From an uncultured Gammaproteobacteria bacterium (GTDB lineage Bacteria; Patescibacteriota; Patescibacteriia; S139-126), in contig CAZUKA010000001.1 of assembly GCA_964620905.1 (NCBI GenBank), positions 18,141-82,140 on the forward strand: a DNA stretch of 64,000 bases. The letters run 5' to 3'. A program made the position numbers and the translations under genes. Numbering within the stretch: the first letter of the stretch is position 1; every line of letters starts with the position of its first letter. Under the pieces are notes generated by a model. The model had not been told where the DNA came from. It made no database searches and saw only the letters and a list, made by a program, of their open reading frames with translations. Below are positions 36,824 to 47,443 of this stretch, piece by piece.

Positions 36824-37738
36824 TTATTTTAATTTTTTATACCAGTCGATTGTTAGCTCTATACCCTTTTGAAAATTTGTTTTTGGTTTCCAAGAAATTA
36901 GTTTAGCAATATTTGAATTATCAAGGTATTTTTCTTTAAATTTTCTATTATCGATATCCCAAATAATTTTACCTTTGTAGTTCATTTTATAGGAAATAAT
37001 TTTATATATATCGTTAATTTTAATTAATTTTCCTGAGCCAGCATTAATTAAGGTAATATTTTTTTTATTAATAATTTTTTCAATTACCTCTACAGCATCA
37101 TCAACAAATAAAAGGTCAATTTTTTGGTTTGCATTGTTACCGCCTTTTATTTCAGGAATTTTTTTGATCGTAGCATTTTCTAATTGTTTTATAATATTTG
37201 CTATAAGTGGAGGCGGGTTATAATTAAATTTATCTTCTGGTCCATAAAGATTGGGAAATATTATTGTCGTAATATTTGTTCCATATTGTTTTTTATAAGC
37301 CTCAGCCATTGTTTCTAAAATTCTTTTTGCAATACCATATTCTTTTGAGTATTGATTAACATCACCCTTCCATAAATCTTCTTCTCTCAGCTTACCTTCA
37401 ATATTATCAGGGTAAGCAGTAATTGATCCAATAAGAATAACTCTTACATTTTTAATTTTTTTTGCAGCTTCAAGAATTTGTAAATTGATCAATAAATTTT
37501 TATATAAAACTTCTGATGGTCTTAAATTTTGTTCTGTTCTACTTAAAACAAGTCCAGCAAGATTAATAATAATATTTTTTCCCTTAACCAATTTTAAACA
37601 GTTGTTTAATTTTGTTAGGTCATACTCGGTGCTTTTTGGTGTATAAATATTATAATTTTTATTATTTTTTAGTTTTTTGATCAATCGTTTACCCAGAAAA
37701 CCGGTCGCACCAGTTATTAAAATTTTTTTCTTTGTCAT
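36824..37738 (-). CDS. NAD-dependent epimerase/reductase, GDP-fucose-synthase-like (ColC-like candidate)
   Basis: ITGATGFLG, YGIAK, PNLYGPEDKF. Confidence 0.8.
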   Translation of the reverse strand: MTKKKILITGATGFLGKRLIKKLKNNKNYNIYTPKSTEYDLTKLNNCLKLVKGKNIIINLAGLVLSRTEQNLRPSEVLYKNLLINLQILEAAKKIKNVRVILIGSITAYPDNIEGKLREEDLWKGDVNQYSKEYGIAKRILETMAEAYKKQYGTNITTIIFPNLYGPEDKFNYNPPPLIANIIKQLENATIKKIPEIKGGNNANQKIDLLFVDDAVEVIEKIINKKNITLINAGSGKLIKINDIYKIISYKMNYKGKIIWDIDNRKFKEKYLDNSNIAKLISWKPKTNFQKGIELTIDWYKKLK

Positions 37739-39024
37739 AAATTTATATTTACAATAGAATTAATATGTTTTTTTATATCTTTCAAAAATATTTGTTCGGT
37801 ATAATTTTTTAATATTTCTTCTCTTGATAATTTTGAGCGATTAAGTAAGTTTTCATTTGTTTCTAAAAGTATTTTTTGAATAATCGTATTTATATCTTCT
37901 ATTTGAAAGCTATTTAGGGTAAAACCAAAGTTTTTGGTATCAATATTGCATTCCGGAGTGACAATAGGGATTAAACCGTATTGCATACAATCAAGTACGC
38001 CACCGGGCATACCTTCATGGGCAGATGGTTGGATAATATAGTTGCATTTTTTTATAATTTCATAAAATTTTTTTGATCTTTGTTTTAGATAACCAAGCAG
38101 ATGGATGTTTGGATATTTTTTTAAATCATAAATTTTTTGCAGTTCCGGCGAAATTTGCGAGCAGATAAATATATTGTAGTCAGAATTTTTGGTAAATATT
38201 TCAAGTAGTAAATCAAGACCTTTTTCAATATTTCTGTAACCACCACTAAAAAATAAAAAGTTTTTTTTGTTTTTTTCTATATCATTTATTCCTTTATTAT
38301 AATGAAAATATTTATCTACATAAACCCCATTGATTGTGTGGTGAACGTTAGGTAAAGAATCATATGTTTTAGCTAAATTGTCGCCAACTGTAATAATTCC
38401 ATTTGCATAAGATAGGAGCGGATCAACTTTTCTACCCAGATTTTCAATTTCTTTTAGTTGATGGGTGAGTTCATTTTGCAAGTTTAAATTGTGACGCTGG
38501 GTGAAATAATCATATCTTTGTTTTATTTTTTCTTTTCTAACTCGCCAATAAGCGCCTGTATCAAAATAAATATATTTTCCACTAGCTTTTAAATTGTCTT
38601 TAATTATTTTTTGATCATAGATATTGTGTACAACCATTAAATCATATTTTTTATGACCATTGTATTTAAAATAATCACTGTCAATTATATCCACAACAAA
38701 GCCAAGCTCATTTAAAGCCCTAGTAATATTTATGACTAAACCATTGTTACTAAAATAAAATTTCATTTTTCCAACAAAGTGTTTTTTGTAAATAGGAAAA
38801 CGAAAAAATATTAGTAGCGCCTTTTTTGGTTTTATATTGTGTAGTAAATCTTTTTTATAAGCAGGTAAAACATTTTTATCACCAACAAATATCAATCCTT
38901 TAATAGTAAAATACAAATATGCCAAAAAATATATAAGTTTATTTATCAGGATATTAATAAACTCAAACAAAGTCAGGTTCGCTGATCCGAAAAGCCAAAT
39001 ATTTCTTTTTATATTTTTGATCAT
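37735..39024 (-). CDS. Glycosyltransferase (GT4-like)
   Basis: KGLDLLLE; PSAHEGMPGGVLDCMQYGLIPI. Confidence 0.8.
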   Translation of the reverse strand: MIKNIKRNIWLFGSANLTLFEFINILINKLIYFLAYLYFTIKGLIFVGDKNVLPAYKKDLLHNIKPKKALLIFFRFPIYKKHFVGKMKFYFSNNGLVINITRALNELGFVVDIIDSDYFKYNGHKKYDLMVVHNIYDQKIIKDNLKASGKYIYFDTGAYWRVRKEKIKQRYDYFTQRHNLNLQNELTHQLKEIENLGRKVDPLLSYANGIITVGDNLAKTYDSLPNVHHTINGVYVDKYFHYNKGINDIEKNKKNFLFFSGGYRNIEKGLDLLLEIFTKNSDYNIFICSQISPELQKIYDLKKYPNIHLLGYLKQRSKKFYEIIKKCNYIIQPSAHEGMPGGVLDCMQYGLIPIVTPECNIDTKNFGFTLNSFQIEDINTIIQKILLETNENLLNRSKLSREEILKNYTEQIFLKDIKKHINSIVNINL

Positions 39025-40352
39025 ATTTTTTGTCTATATTTGTGTATAAACATTTGACGAATTTTTAGGATTACCCAGACTGTCAAAGGCAGAGAAGAAT
39101 AGGAAACAAGCGTTGCTATAGCTGCGCCGTTTATTCCGTAGATCGGAATAAAAATAAAATTTAGTGTAAGATTTAAAATCATACCAATACAAGAAGATAT
39201 AAAAAATATTTTGGTAAAATTTTCAGTAATCAAGTACTGATTTACCACTTCGGCAATTGCCAGGCCAATTCCCGCCCAAACATAAATTTGCAGTACGGAA
39301 ATGGCTGGCAGATAAGCAGAGCCAAAGAAGATTTTAATAATTGGTTTAGCTAGTAGGAATATAGGCAAAGAAATTGATATAGATATTATAAATATCAAAA
39401 GTAGGAGATCTTTGAGTCTTTTTTTATAGACAATCTCATTTATTTTTTTGGCATTCACAATTGCTGGTACTAAGGAAGCAGTGATTAAACCCGGGATAAA
39501 ATACCAGACCTCGGCTACTCTGACAGCTACATCATAAAATCCAACTGCAGTTTGGTTGATCATATGTTTTACCATAATCTGATCAAAGCGTGAGTAGATT
39601 AAGGCAAAGACACTGACAAAAAGTAGGGGCCAGGAATCTCGTAGGATTTGTTTGGCCATATTTTTATTGAACCGCCAAGAGAAAATGTTTTGTTTGAATA
39701 TTTTATAAATCAGCAAAAAACTCAAAGCATAAAGTATGCTTTCTAAAAGATAAACTGCCGAAAAATAAATTATTCCTTTTCCCGACAGAACCAAAATAAT
39801 TTTTATTACCGATAAAATAAAAATCACACAAATTGAAGCGATAGTTGGGTATTTTGAAAGTAATTGTGAACCAAAAAAACCGTTGACAACATAGAATGAT
39901 TGAAAGATAAAAGCAAATGCAATAAGTAGTATTAAGATGTTGGCGGTATTTTCTTGTTGCAAAATTAAAATAGTGACTAAAACCGAAAGAAAAGCCAATA
40001 TCCCGCCCATGATTTTAAGAAAAAATGAAGTTCCTAAATATTCGTTTCTTTTTTCTGGATATCTGATTATTTCTCGATATACAATTTGATCAATGCCAAG
40101 ATTGGCAATAAATGAAAATAGACCTACAAAACTCACTGCATAACTAAGGAGTCCATAATTAGAAGGTCCTAGATAGCGAGCAACATAAGCCATTACAAAA
40201 AATGAAACAATTAAACTAAAAATTTTCCCCAAAAAAATCCAACCTGTATTGTGCAGGTACTTTTTAAATCCTTCAAGATCAAAATATTCTTTTAGACTGA
40301 TTATTCGATTGTATAAACTTGCTATCATTTTTTTACTCTTTTGTAACCACAC
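39021..40352 (-). CDS. wzx: Wzx-type oligosaccharide flippase
   Basis: VARYLGPSNYGLLSY, LGIDQIVYRE, RFDQIM, YGINGAAIAT; about 12 TMs. Confidence 0.88.
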   Translation of the reverse strand: MWLQKSKKMIASLYNRIISLKEYFDLEGFKKYLHNTGWIFLGKIFSLIVSFFVMAYVARYLGPSNYGLLSYAVSFVGLFSFIANLGIDQIVYREIIRYPEKRNEYLGTSFFLKIMGGILAFLSVLVTILILQQENTANILILLIAFAFIFQSFYVVNGFFGSQLLSKYPTIASICVIFILSVIKIILVLSGKGIIYFSAVYLLESILYALSFLLIYKIFKQNIFSWRFNKNMAKQILRDSWPLLFVSVFALIYSRFDQIMVKHMINQTAVGFYDVAVRVAEVWYFIPGLITASLVPAIVNAKKINEIVYKKRLKDLLLLIFIISISISLPIFLLAKPIIKIFFGSAYLPAISVLQIYVWAGIGLAIAEVVNQYLITENFTKIFFISSCIGMILNLTLNFIFIPIYGINGAAIATLVSYSSLPLTVWVILKIRQMFIHKYRQKI

Positions 40353-41145
40353 ACAAATACTGATGATTGTGGAAAAAAGAAATTTTTAAAAATAGTTTAT
40401 TTATTCCTTTTATAAATAGATTGGGATTATTGAGATTAACAAAAATTCCGCCAAATTCATGATACAAACCACCCAGATGATCAATGGGTACTTTTTCAAC
40501 TATTTTAAATCCAGCTGTGGTTAATTCTCGTTCAAACTCTTGTTTGGTAAATCTGTATTCAAAAAAATCTCCTTTGACTGGCCAACGATTGTATTTATAG
40601 TTTATCTTTTCTTTGTTTTTATTTTTATATAACCACTCCGAACCCTTTTTAAATAAGTGATAGAAAATTCTTAGATAATAATCCAAATAATTCAGTCCGG
40701 TATATTTTTTTATGATCCGTAAATAGTTAAAACAGGGGACAGTGATGATGGCTATGCCACCAGGTTTTAGCACACGTTGCATCTCTTGGAGAGGTTTGCT
40801 GGGTCCATCAATAAAATGTTCCACTACACCAAGAGAAAGGACGCCACCAAAATAGTTGTTGGGAAAATTTAAATTTTCTATATCACCATAAGCAACATTT
40901 AGCTTTGGTTCCAAAGAATTACAAATTTCTACTGATTTTTTGTTTATCTCTATGCCAATGGCTTGATAACCCTTATTTTCCAAGAATTTTACATATTGAC
41001 CCAAACCGCAACCAGCTTCCAATATAAAATCATTTTTTTTAAAATATTTATAAATATAGGTAGTGATAATACTGGTATCACAAGCCGCAAGTAAATTGTA
41101 AAATTCTTTGGGATTCCAATTGAAAGTTGGCGTGTGTTTATCCAT
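40333..41145 (-). CDS. Class I SAM-dependent methyltransferase
   Basis: [22 protein letters not shown]. Confidence 0.88.
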   Translation of the reverse strand: MDKHTPTFNWNPKEFYNLLAACDTSIITTYIYKYFKKNDFILEAGCGLGQYVKFLENKGYQAIGIEINKKSVEICNSLEPKLNVAYGDIENLNFPNNYFGGVLSLGVVEHFIDGPSKPLQEMQRVLKPGGIAIITVPCFNYLRIIKKYTGLNYLDYYLRIFYHLFKKGSEWLYKNKNKEKINYKYNRWPVKGDFFEYRFTKQEFERELTTAGFKIVEKVPIDHLGGLYHEFGGIFVNLNNPNLFIKGINKLFLKISFFHNHQYLCVVTKE

Positions 41146-42067
41146 ATTTTTCAGTATAGAATTTATAATATTTTTTTAGTCCTTCAGCTAAATTTATTTT
41201 ATGTCGCCAACCCAATTTTTTTAATTTTGTAATATCTAGTAGTTTACGAGGGGTGCCGTCTGGTTTGGTTTTATCCCAAATAATTTTACCTGGATAATTG
41301 ATAGTTTGTTTTATGAGTAAAGCTAAATCTGCAATACTTAGTTCGTCACCTGTACCGATATTTATTATTTCCGAATCATTGTAATTTTGCATCAAAAATA
41401 TACAAGCATCTGCTAGGTCGTCAACATACATAAATTCTCGTTTAGGTTTACCTGTACCCCAAACTGTGACGGTGGGGGATTTGTTTATTTTTGCTTCATG
41501 AAATTTTCGCAGTAAGGCGGGTAGCACATGTGCTGTTTCTAGGTTGAAGTTGTCATTTGGACCATAAAGGTTGGTGGGCATCACGGAAATAAAATTTGTT
41601 CCATATTGTTTATTGTAGGCCTGGCACATTTTGATACCAGCTATTTTAGCAATTGCGTATGGTTCATTGGTTGGTTCTAATTTGCCAGTAAGCAAGTATT
41701 CCTCTTTGATTGGTTGAGGCGAGTACTTTGGATAAATACAAGAAGAACCTAAAAATAAAAGTTTTTTAACTCCTGTCAGGTAAGCATTGTGGATTATATT
41801 GTTTTGGATAGTAATATTTTGAAAAATAAAATCAGCCGGATAATTGCTATTGGCATGAATTCCACCCACTTTAGCTGCTGCCAAAAATACATAGTCTGGT
41901 TTTTCTTTTTGAAAAAATTGAGCAACCTTGTGGGCAGCAAATAAATCAAGTTGTTTTCTAGTTCTAGTGATAATATTTGTATAACCTTTATTTTGTAACT
42001 GTCGATAAATTGCTGATCCTACAAGTCCGGTATGACCGGCAAGATAAATTTTACTTTTTTTGTTCAT
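41138..42067 (-). CDS. fcl: GDP-L-fucose synthase
   Basis: [56 protein letters not shown]. Confidence 0.95.
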   Translation of the reverse strand: MNKKSKIYLAGHTGLVGSAIYRQLQNKGYTNIITRTRKQLDLFAAHKVAQFFQKEKPDYVFLAAAKVGGIHANSNYPADFIFQNITIQNNIIHNAYLTGVKKLLFLGSSCIYPKYSPQPIKEEYLLTGKLEPTNEPYAIAKIAGIKMCQAYNKQYGTNFISVMPTNLYGPNDNFNLETAHVLPALLRKFHEAKINKSPTVTVWGTGKPKREFMYVDDLADACIFLMQNYNDSEIINIGTGDELSIADLALLIKQTINYPGKIIWDKTKPDGTPRKLLDITKLKKLGWRHKINLAEGLKKYYKFYTEKYG

Positions 42068-43094
42068 AGTTTTCATTGATTAAATCTTCTTCGCACATAA
42101 GTTTTACCAGCTCCGCAAAGGTGGTAGTTGGACTCCAGCCAAGTTTTTCCTTGGCCTTTGTGAAGTCACCTTGCAAAATATCAACTTCAGCCGGGCGGAA
42201 ATATTTTTGATCTATTTCTATTAATATTTTACCAGATTTTTTATCAATGCCTTTTTCCTCCACGCCTTTGTTTTGCCAAACAATTTCATAATCAAAATGC
42301 TTGGCAGCTATTTCCACAAATTCACGCACCGAGTGTGATTCGTTGGTTGCTAAGATGTAGTCATCTGGTTCTGCCTGTTGCAACATCAGCCACATTCCTT
42401 CTGCATAGTCTCTGGCATAACCCCAATCACGTTTGGCATCTAGATTTCCCAAATAGAGTTTTTCTTCTATACCCAGTTTGATGCGTGCTAGCCCTCGGGT
42501 GATTTTTCTAGTGACAAAGGTTTCACCACGTCTGGGGGATTCGTGGTTAAATAAAATGCCATTGGCGGCAAAAAGACCATAGCTTTCGCGGTAGTTTTTG
42601 GTAATCCAGTAAGCATAGACTTTAGCCACACCATAAGGAGATCTGGGATAAAAGGGTGAAGTTTCTTTCAGCGGTATTTCGTGGGCCATGCCAAACATCT
42701 CACTGGATGATGCTTGATAAAATTTGGTCTTGATGCCAGTTTCACGTATCGCATCAAGCAACCTAAGTGTACCAAGTGCCGTGACATTGCCGGTGTATTC
42801 GGGAATATCAAAACTTACCCTGACATGACTTTGCGCACCTAAGTGATAGATTTCATCAGGGTTGATTTTGGCAAGTAAACGATCTAGATTTGACCCGTCA
42901 GACAAATCACCATAGTGTAAGAAAAGTTTTACACCAAGGATGTGAGGGTCTTTATACAAATGATCAATGCGGGCAGTATTGAAAGTAGAAGCGCGACGGA
43001 TAATACCGTGAACCTCATAGCCTTTACTAAGGAGTAGTTCCGCAAGGTAAGATCCGTCTTGTCCGGTGATACCGGTTATTAATGCTTTTTTCAT
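42051..43094 (-). CDS. gmd: GDP-mannose 4,6-dehydratase
   Basis: [58 protein letters not shown]. Confidence 0.97.
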   Translation of the reverse strand: MKKALITGITGQDGSYLAELLLSKGYEVHGIIRRASTFNTARIDHLYKDPHILGVKLFLHYGDLSDGSNLDRLLAKINPDEIYHLGAQSHVRVSFDIPEYTGNVTALGTLRLLDAIRETGIKTKFYQASSSEMFGMAHEIPLKETSPFYPRSPYGVAKVYAYWITKNYRESYGLFAANGILFNHESPRRGETFVTRKITRGLARIKLGIEEKLYLGNLDAKRDWGYARDYAEGMWLMLQQAEPDDYILATNESHSVREFVEIAAKHFDYEIVWQNKGVEEKGIDKKSGKILIEIDQKYFRPAEVDILQGDFTKAKEKLGWSPTTTFAELVKLMCEEDLINENYEQKK

Positions 43095-43103
43095 AGAATG
43101 AAT

Positions 43104-43168
43104 GATTTATGATTTATGATGTATGATTTACGAATTATTCTTAAATCCTAATTCTTACTTCTTAAATC
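43104..43168. repeat. Heptamer inverted-array hairpin (empty site)
   Basis: GATTTAT GATTTAT GATGTAT GATTTAC, loop, CTTAAAT CCTAATT CTTACTT CTTAAAT. Confidence 0.8.
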
Positions 43169-43170
43169 TT

Positions 43171-43449
43171 TTACGCGTCCCAATCCTTCATCGTTTCAAT
43201 CGCTTTCATTTTTAGTTTCAAATATTTATCCACGGCTTTTTTTTCTAGTTCAGGAGAAACTAAACGCAACAACTCAAGTCCCAAGATTCGGTATTGTTTA
43301 CCGACTTTGTTGGCTTTCAAAACCCCGCGTTTAAGTAGGCGCTTCATCGTGCTATTGGATACTTTCAAGATTTTTTCTGCTTCGCTCGTTGTATACACAC
43401 CGTGGGGGACTATTTCTTCGGTTTTATTTAACTTTAGTTCAGTAGACAT
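43171..43449 (-). CDS. Excisionase/BldC-like HTH DNA-binding protein heading the glycan operon
   Basis: VYTTSEAEKILKVSNSTMKRLLKRGVLKANKVGKQYRI. Confidence 0.85.
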   Translation of the reverse strand: MSTELKLNKTEEIVPHGVYTTSEAEKILKVSNSTMKRLLKRGVLKANKVGKQYRILGLELLRLVSPELEKKAVDKYLKLKMKAIETMKDWDA

Positions 43450-43509
43450 AGTTTAGAGTGTAGAAAGATTTAAGATTTATGATTTAAGAATAATTATTAT
43501 TACTATTTT

Positions 43510-43548
43510 AGTATATAATATGGTGTCATTAGGTGTCAAGTGGTATCA
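43510..43548 (-). promoter_or_regulatory. Promoter overlapped by three 10-bp-phased direct repeats
   Basis: Minus-strand TTGACA-18-TATACT; GGTGTCA at 43522 and 43532, GGTATCA at 43542. Confidence 0.7.
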
Positions 43549-43686
43549 TACGAGTTAAAAGTTGATAAAGTTTATAAAGTTGAAAGTTTATTCTGTCAAT
43601 TCATTCCAAATTCAAGATTCTAGATTCTATATTCTACCTGCTGTTTGCTTTTTTAGTGCCCAAAAGATAGAATAAAATCATAATTT

Positions 43687-45012
43687 ATGGGAAATTTTTG
43701 GCTAAAAACAAGAAATTGGTTTTTACTAGGAGGTGATGTTTTACTTCTTTATGGGTCACTGGCTTTGGCTCTATTTATTAGGTATTCGGAAAATTTTTAT
43801 TCTGCCTGGTGGTTACACCTAGTACCGTTTAGTTTGATTTTTTTCTTGTGGGTGATTGTTTTTTATATTAGCGGGTTTTATGATTTGCGCCGAGCTAAAA
43901 ATCAATCTCAGTTTTTTGTTCAGTTACTACTTATTATATCACTGGCTGGACTGATTGGCATGGCGGTATTTTATCTGTGGCCGTCTTTGGGAATTTCTCC
44001 CAAAACTAACTTAGCTTTGACTTTGGCTTTGGCTACCGTATTTTTGTTTGCTTGGCGATTGTTGTTTAACTCTTTAGTATCGCAACCTCAGAAAAAAATC
44101 TTGTTGATTGGTGAGCATACCCAAAGTATAGAGCTTGCTACCCAACTCAACAATCACCCGCAGTGGGGTTATCAAGTGGCAGCAATCATCACCCCTGAAA
44201 AATTTGTTGATTACAAAGATAAGTTGCCCGCTTTAAGGATTTCTACCTTGGTAATTTCCGATGATTTGTATCAAACTCAAACTCTAACTGATGCTTTGTA
44301 TGATAGTATGTCCTCACGGGTAGAAATGTATACTTTGACCAAATTTTATGAACAATTGGTCAAAAAAATTCCTTTGTCAGTTATTTCCAAAGTTTGGTTT
44401 TTGGACAATCTTACTGAACGCGACAAGCAAGCTTTTGATAAAATTAAACGTTTGGTAGATATAGTTTTGAGTTTAACTGGTTTGATAGTAAGTTTACCGT
44501 TTTATCCCTTGCTTTATTTGCTGGTGAAGTCCGATTCCCGCGGACCATTTTTTTACACCCAAGTGCGACTGGGGAAATTGGGTCGGACGTTCGTGATAGT
44601 AAAAATTAGATCGATGGTGCAGAACGCTGAAAAAAATGGCGCCGAGTGGGCAGTACCGGGAGACGCGCGGGTAACTAGGATCGGAAAGATTTTTCGTAAA
44701 ATTAGACTAGATGAACTGCCACAACTTTTCAATGTCTTGTGGGGCGAGATGAGTTTTGTAGGCCCCAGGCCGGAGCGGCCGGAATTTATCAATCAGCTGG
44801 AAGAGTCAATTCCTTATTATAAGCAACGGTTGCTAGTAAAGCCTGGGCTTACCGGTTGGGCACAGGTAAATTTTAAATATTCATCTGATGTGGAGGGGGC
44901 TTTGGAAAAATTGCAGTATGATCTCTACTATATAAAGAATCGTTCCTTGTTTTTGGATCTCACTATACTTCTTAAAACTGTAAAAATGGTGCTAAAAGGA
45001 GGAGGGCATTAG
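43687..45012 (+). CDS. Priming sugar transferase (WbaP/WcaJ-like phosphoglycosyltransferase)
   Basis: KRLVDI, DARVTRIGKIFRKIRLDELPQL.NVLWGEMSFVGPRPER, VKPGLTGWAQV, DLYYI. Confidence 0.92.
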   Translation: MGNFWLKTRNWFLLGGDVLLLYGSLALALFIRYSENFYSAWWLHLVPFSLIFFLWVIVFYISGFYDLRRAKNQSQFFVQLLLIISLAGLIGMAVFYLWPSLGISPKTNLALTLALATVFLFAWRLLFNSLVSQPQKKILLIGEHTQSIELATQLNNHPQWGYQVAAIITPEKFVDYKDKLPALRISTLVISDDLYQTQTLTDALYDSMSSRVEMYTLTKFYEQLVKKIPLSVISKVWFLDNLTERDKQAFDKIKRLVDIVLSLTGLIVSLPFYPLLYLLVKSDSRGPFFYTQVRLGKLGRTFVIVKIRSMVQNAEKNGAEWAVPGDARVTRIGKIFRKIRLDELPQLFNVLWGEMSFVGPRPERPEFINQLEESIPYYKQRLLVKPGLTGWAQVNFKYSSDVEGALEKLQYDLYYIKNRSLFLDLTILLKTVKMVLKGGGH

Positions 45013-45232
45013 GGAGGGTTAGAATTAAGAATATAGAATTAAGAAGTAAGTATTAAGGGGGACAAAGAGATAAATATTTAATTTTTGAATTTTATAATTT
45101 TTAAATAAATCTAAATTTTTAAACATTAAAAATTATTTACAAAATTAAAAATTACAAAATTACAAAATTTCATTTTAAGTTTTAAATAAAACTTAAAATG
45201 TAGTATAATATTGATACTAAATTGGTCAGTAG

Positions 45233-47440
45233 ATGAAAAAAACCTTAAATATTTTTTTGATTATAGCAGTCACGCTAAGCGTGATGAATTTTTTTGTTGT
45301 GCCGGCTTGGGCTGATGAAAAAAAAAGTTTTAGTGCTGATGAAGTAGTAGTGAAATTGAAAGCCAGTGACCAGCTCTATATACTATCAACCAAGCAAGGT
45401 ATAGATACAGAATTTTTATTGAACAACTACCAAACTAATGAGTTGATTGAATATGTGGAACCAAATGTTAAATTTTTCGCTGCTGGTGTTTTGCCCAATG
45501 ATCCTGATTTTATCCAGCAGTATTATTTGGATCAAATACAAGCGCCGGCTGGTTGGGATATTTCTACCGGTCGATCCGATGTGGTAGTTGCTGTGTTGGA
45601 TAGTGGTGTGGATATTGATAATCCTGATTTAAAACATAACCTCTGGGTCAATGTCAATGAAAAACCATTTGATTTAATTGACAATGATGGCAATGGTAAG
45701 GTAGATGATTTTTATGGTTGGAATTTTGTTGATGAAAATAATGACGTCAAACCAAACTTTACCAATTTTACTGAACTGGGGGTAAATCACGGTACAATCG
45801 TATCTGGAATTTTGGCTGCTCGCGGAAATAACGGCCAAGGTATTGCCGGAGGTGCATGGCAAGTAAAAATTATGCCCCTAAAAGTTTTGGCTAGTGACGG
45901 CACGGGTGATTCTCTGACAGTAGTAGAAGCAATAAATTATGCCATTGCCAAGAAGGTAGACGTGATTAATTTGTCTGTAGTTGGTCATAGTTACAGTCAG
46001 GCCCTGCAAGATGCTCTACAACGTGCTTGGGAAGCTGGCATTGTCATCGTAGCAGCAGCTGGCAATGAAGTGGGACTAGGACAGGATATGGATATTTATC
46101 CGGCTTATCCTGCTTGCAATGATGGTGTAGATAATATAATTATCGGGGTAGTAGCGGTTGATCGTTATAATCGCTTGGCGAATTTTTCCAATTATGGTTC
46201 AAGATGTTCTGATGTAGCTGCACCGGGAGTAAATTTTTATTCTACAGTAGCTTACAATGACCATTTCCCAGGTTTTAATCATCATTATAAAGGAGGATTC
46301 TCTGGTACATCGGTAGCTACACCTTTGGTTTCAGCACTGGCGGCTTTAATTAAATCAGTAAATCCCAGTTTAACCAACGTACAAATCAGAAATATTATTA
46401 TCAATACAACTAGTGAGATTGATTCGGTGAACCTGAATTATCAAGGTAAGTTGGGTTCGGGACTTATAGATTATAATCGCGCCTTAGGGGCTGCCAAGGC
46501 CACAGTCGCTAGTACCGCTCAACCGGTGAGTCAGGATTGGTTGGTAGTGGGGGCCGGTGCCGGTGGTGGGCCGCATGTGAGAGTATTTGATTGGCAAGAT
46601 AATGTTTTGACCCAATGGTTTGCTTATGACGAAAAGTTTCGTGGTGGAGTCAATGTTGCCACCGGAGATGTTGATGGTGATGGTAATCGTGATATTGTCA
46701 CTGCACCCGGTGCCGGTGGTGGGCCGCATATCAGAATTTTTGATCATCAGGGCAATGTCAAAGCCCAATGGTTTGCTTATGACGAAAAGTTTCGTGGTGG
46801 AGTCAATGTAGCGGTCGGTGATATTGACAATGACGGATTAGCAGAAATTATTGTGGCACCAGCGGGCGGAATGGAGACGATCGTCAAAATATTTGATTAT
46901 ACCGGGCATATGCGTTTTAAGTTTTTAGCTTATGCTGACAATTTTATCGGTGGTGCTAGTATTGCAGTTGGTGATGTTGATAATAATGGTTTGGCTGATA
47001 TTATCACTGGAGCTGGTTCTGGTGGTGGTCCGCATGTGAGAGTATTTTCTCGTCAGGGACAGATAAAGCAACAATGGTTTGCTTATGACGAAAAGTTCCG
47101 TGGTGGAGTCAATGTAGCGGTCGGTGATGCCAATAATGACAATCAAAAAGATATAGTCACTACTCCAGGTCAAGGCGGTGGGCCGCATGTGAGAGTATTT
47201 GATTGGCAAGGCAAAGTAAAACAGCAATGGTTTGCTTTTCCTCCCGAAAACCGTACCGGACTAAAAGTTGCCGTTGGAGATATTACTGGTGATGGGCAAA
47301 ATGAGATTTTGGTAGCAATGCAAAAGGGTGGTGAACCCTTGGTGCGGATTTTCAATTCCGCTTATAAATTAGTCAAAGAAATTTCTGTTTTTCAAGCCGG
47401 TTTTACCGGTGGAATAAATTTACAAATATTAAGCCGTTGA
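45233..47440 (+). CDS. Secreted subtilisin-like S8 serine protease with FG-GAP/VCBS-like beta-propeller repeats
   Basis: Catalytic motifs VAVLDSG, NHGT and SGTSVATP; AAAGN; repeats GAGGGPHVRVF...FRGGVNVAVGD. Confidence 0.9.
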   Translation: MKKTLNIFLIIAVTLSVMNFFVVPAWADEKKSFSADEVVVKLKASDQLYILSTKQGIDTEFLLNNYQTNELIEYVEPNVKFFAAGVLPNDPDFIQQYYLDQIQAPAGWDISTGRSDVVVAVLDSGVDIDNPDLKHNLWVNVNEKPFDLIDNDGNGKVDDFYGWNFVDENNDVKPNFTNFTELGVNHGTIVSGILAARGNNGQGIAGGAWQVKIMPLKVLASDGTGDSLTVVEAINYAIAKKVDVINLSVVGHSYSQALQDALQRAWEAGIVIVAAAGNEVGLGQDMDIYPAYPACNDGVDNIIIGVVAVDRYNRLANFSNYGSRCSDVAAPGVNFYSTVAYNDHFPGFNHHYKGGFSGTSVATPLVSALAALIKSVNPSLTNVQIRNIIINTTSEIDSVNLNYQGKLGSGLIDYNRALGAAKATVASTAQPVSQDWLVVGAGAGGGPHVRVFDWQDNVLTQWFAYDEKFRGGVNVATGDVDGDGNRDIVTAPGAGGGPHIRIFDHQGNVKAQWFAYDEKFRGGVNVAVGDIDNDGLAEIIVAPAGGMETIVKIFDYTGHMRFKFLAYADNFIGGASIAVGDVDNNGLADIITGAGSGGGPHVRVFSRQGQIKQQWFAYDEKFRGGVNVAVGDANNDNQKDIVTTPGQGGGPHVRVFDWQGKVKQQWFAFPPENRTGLKVAVGDITGDGQNEILVAMQKGGEPLVRIFNSAYKLVKEISVFQAGFTGGINLQILSR

Positions 47441-47443
47441 TTT

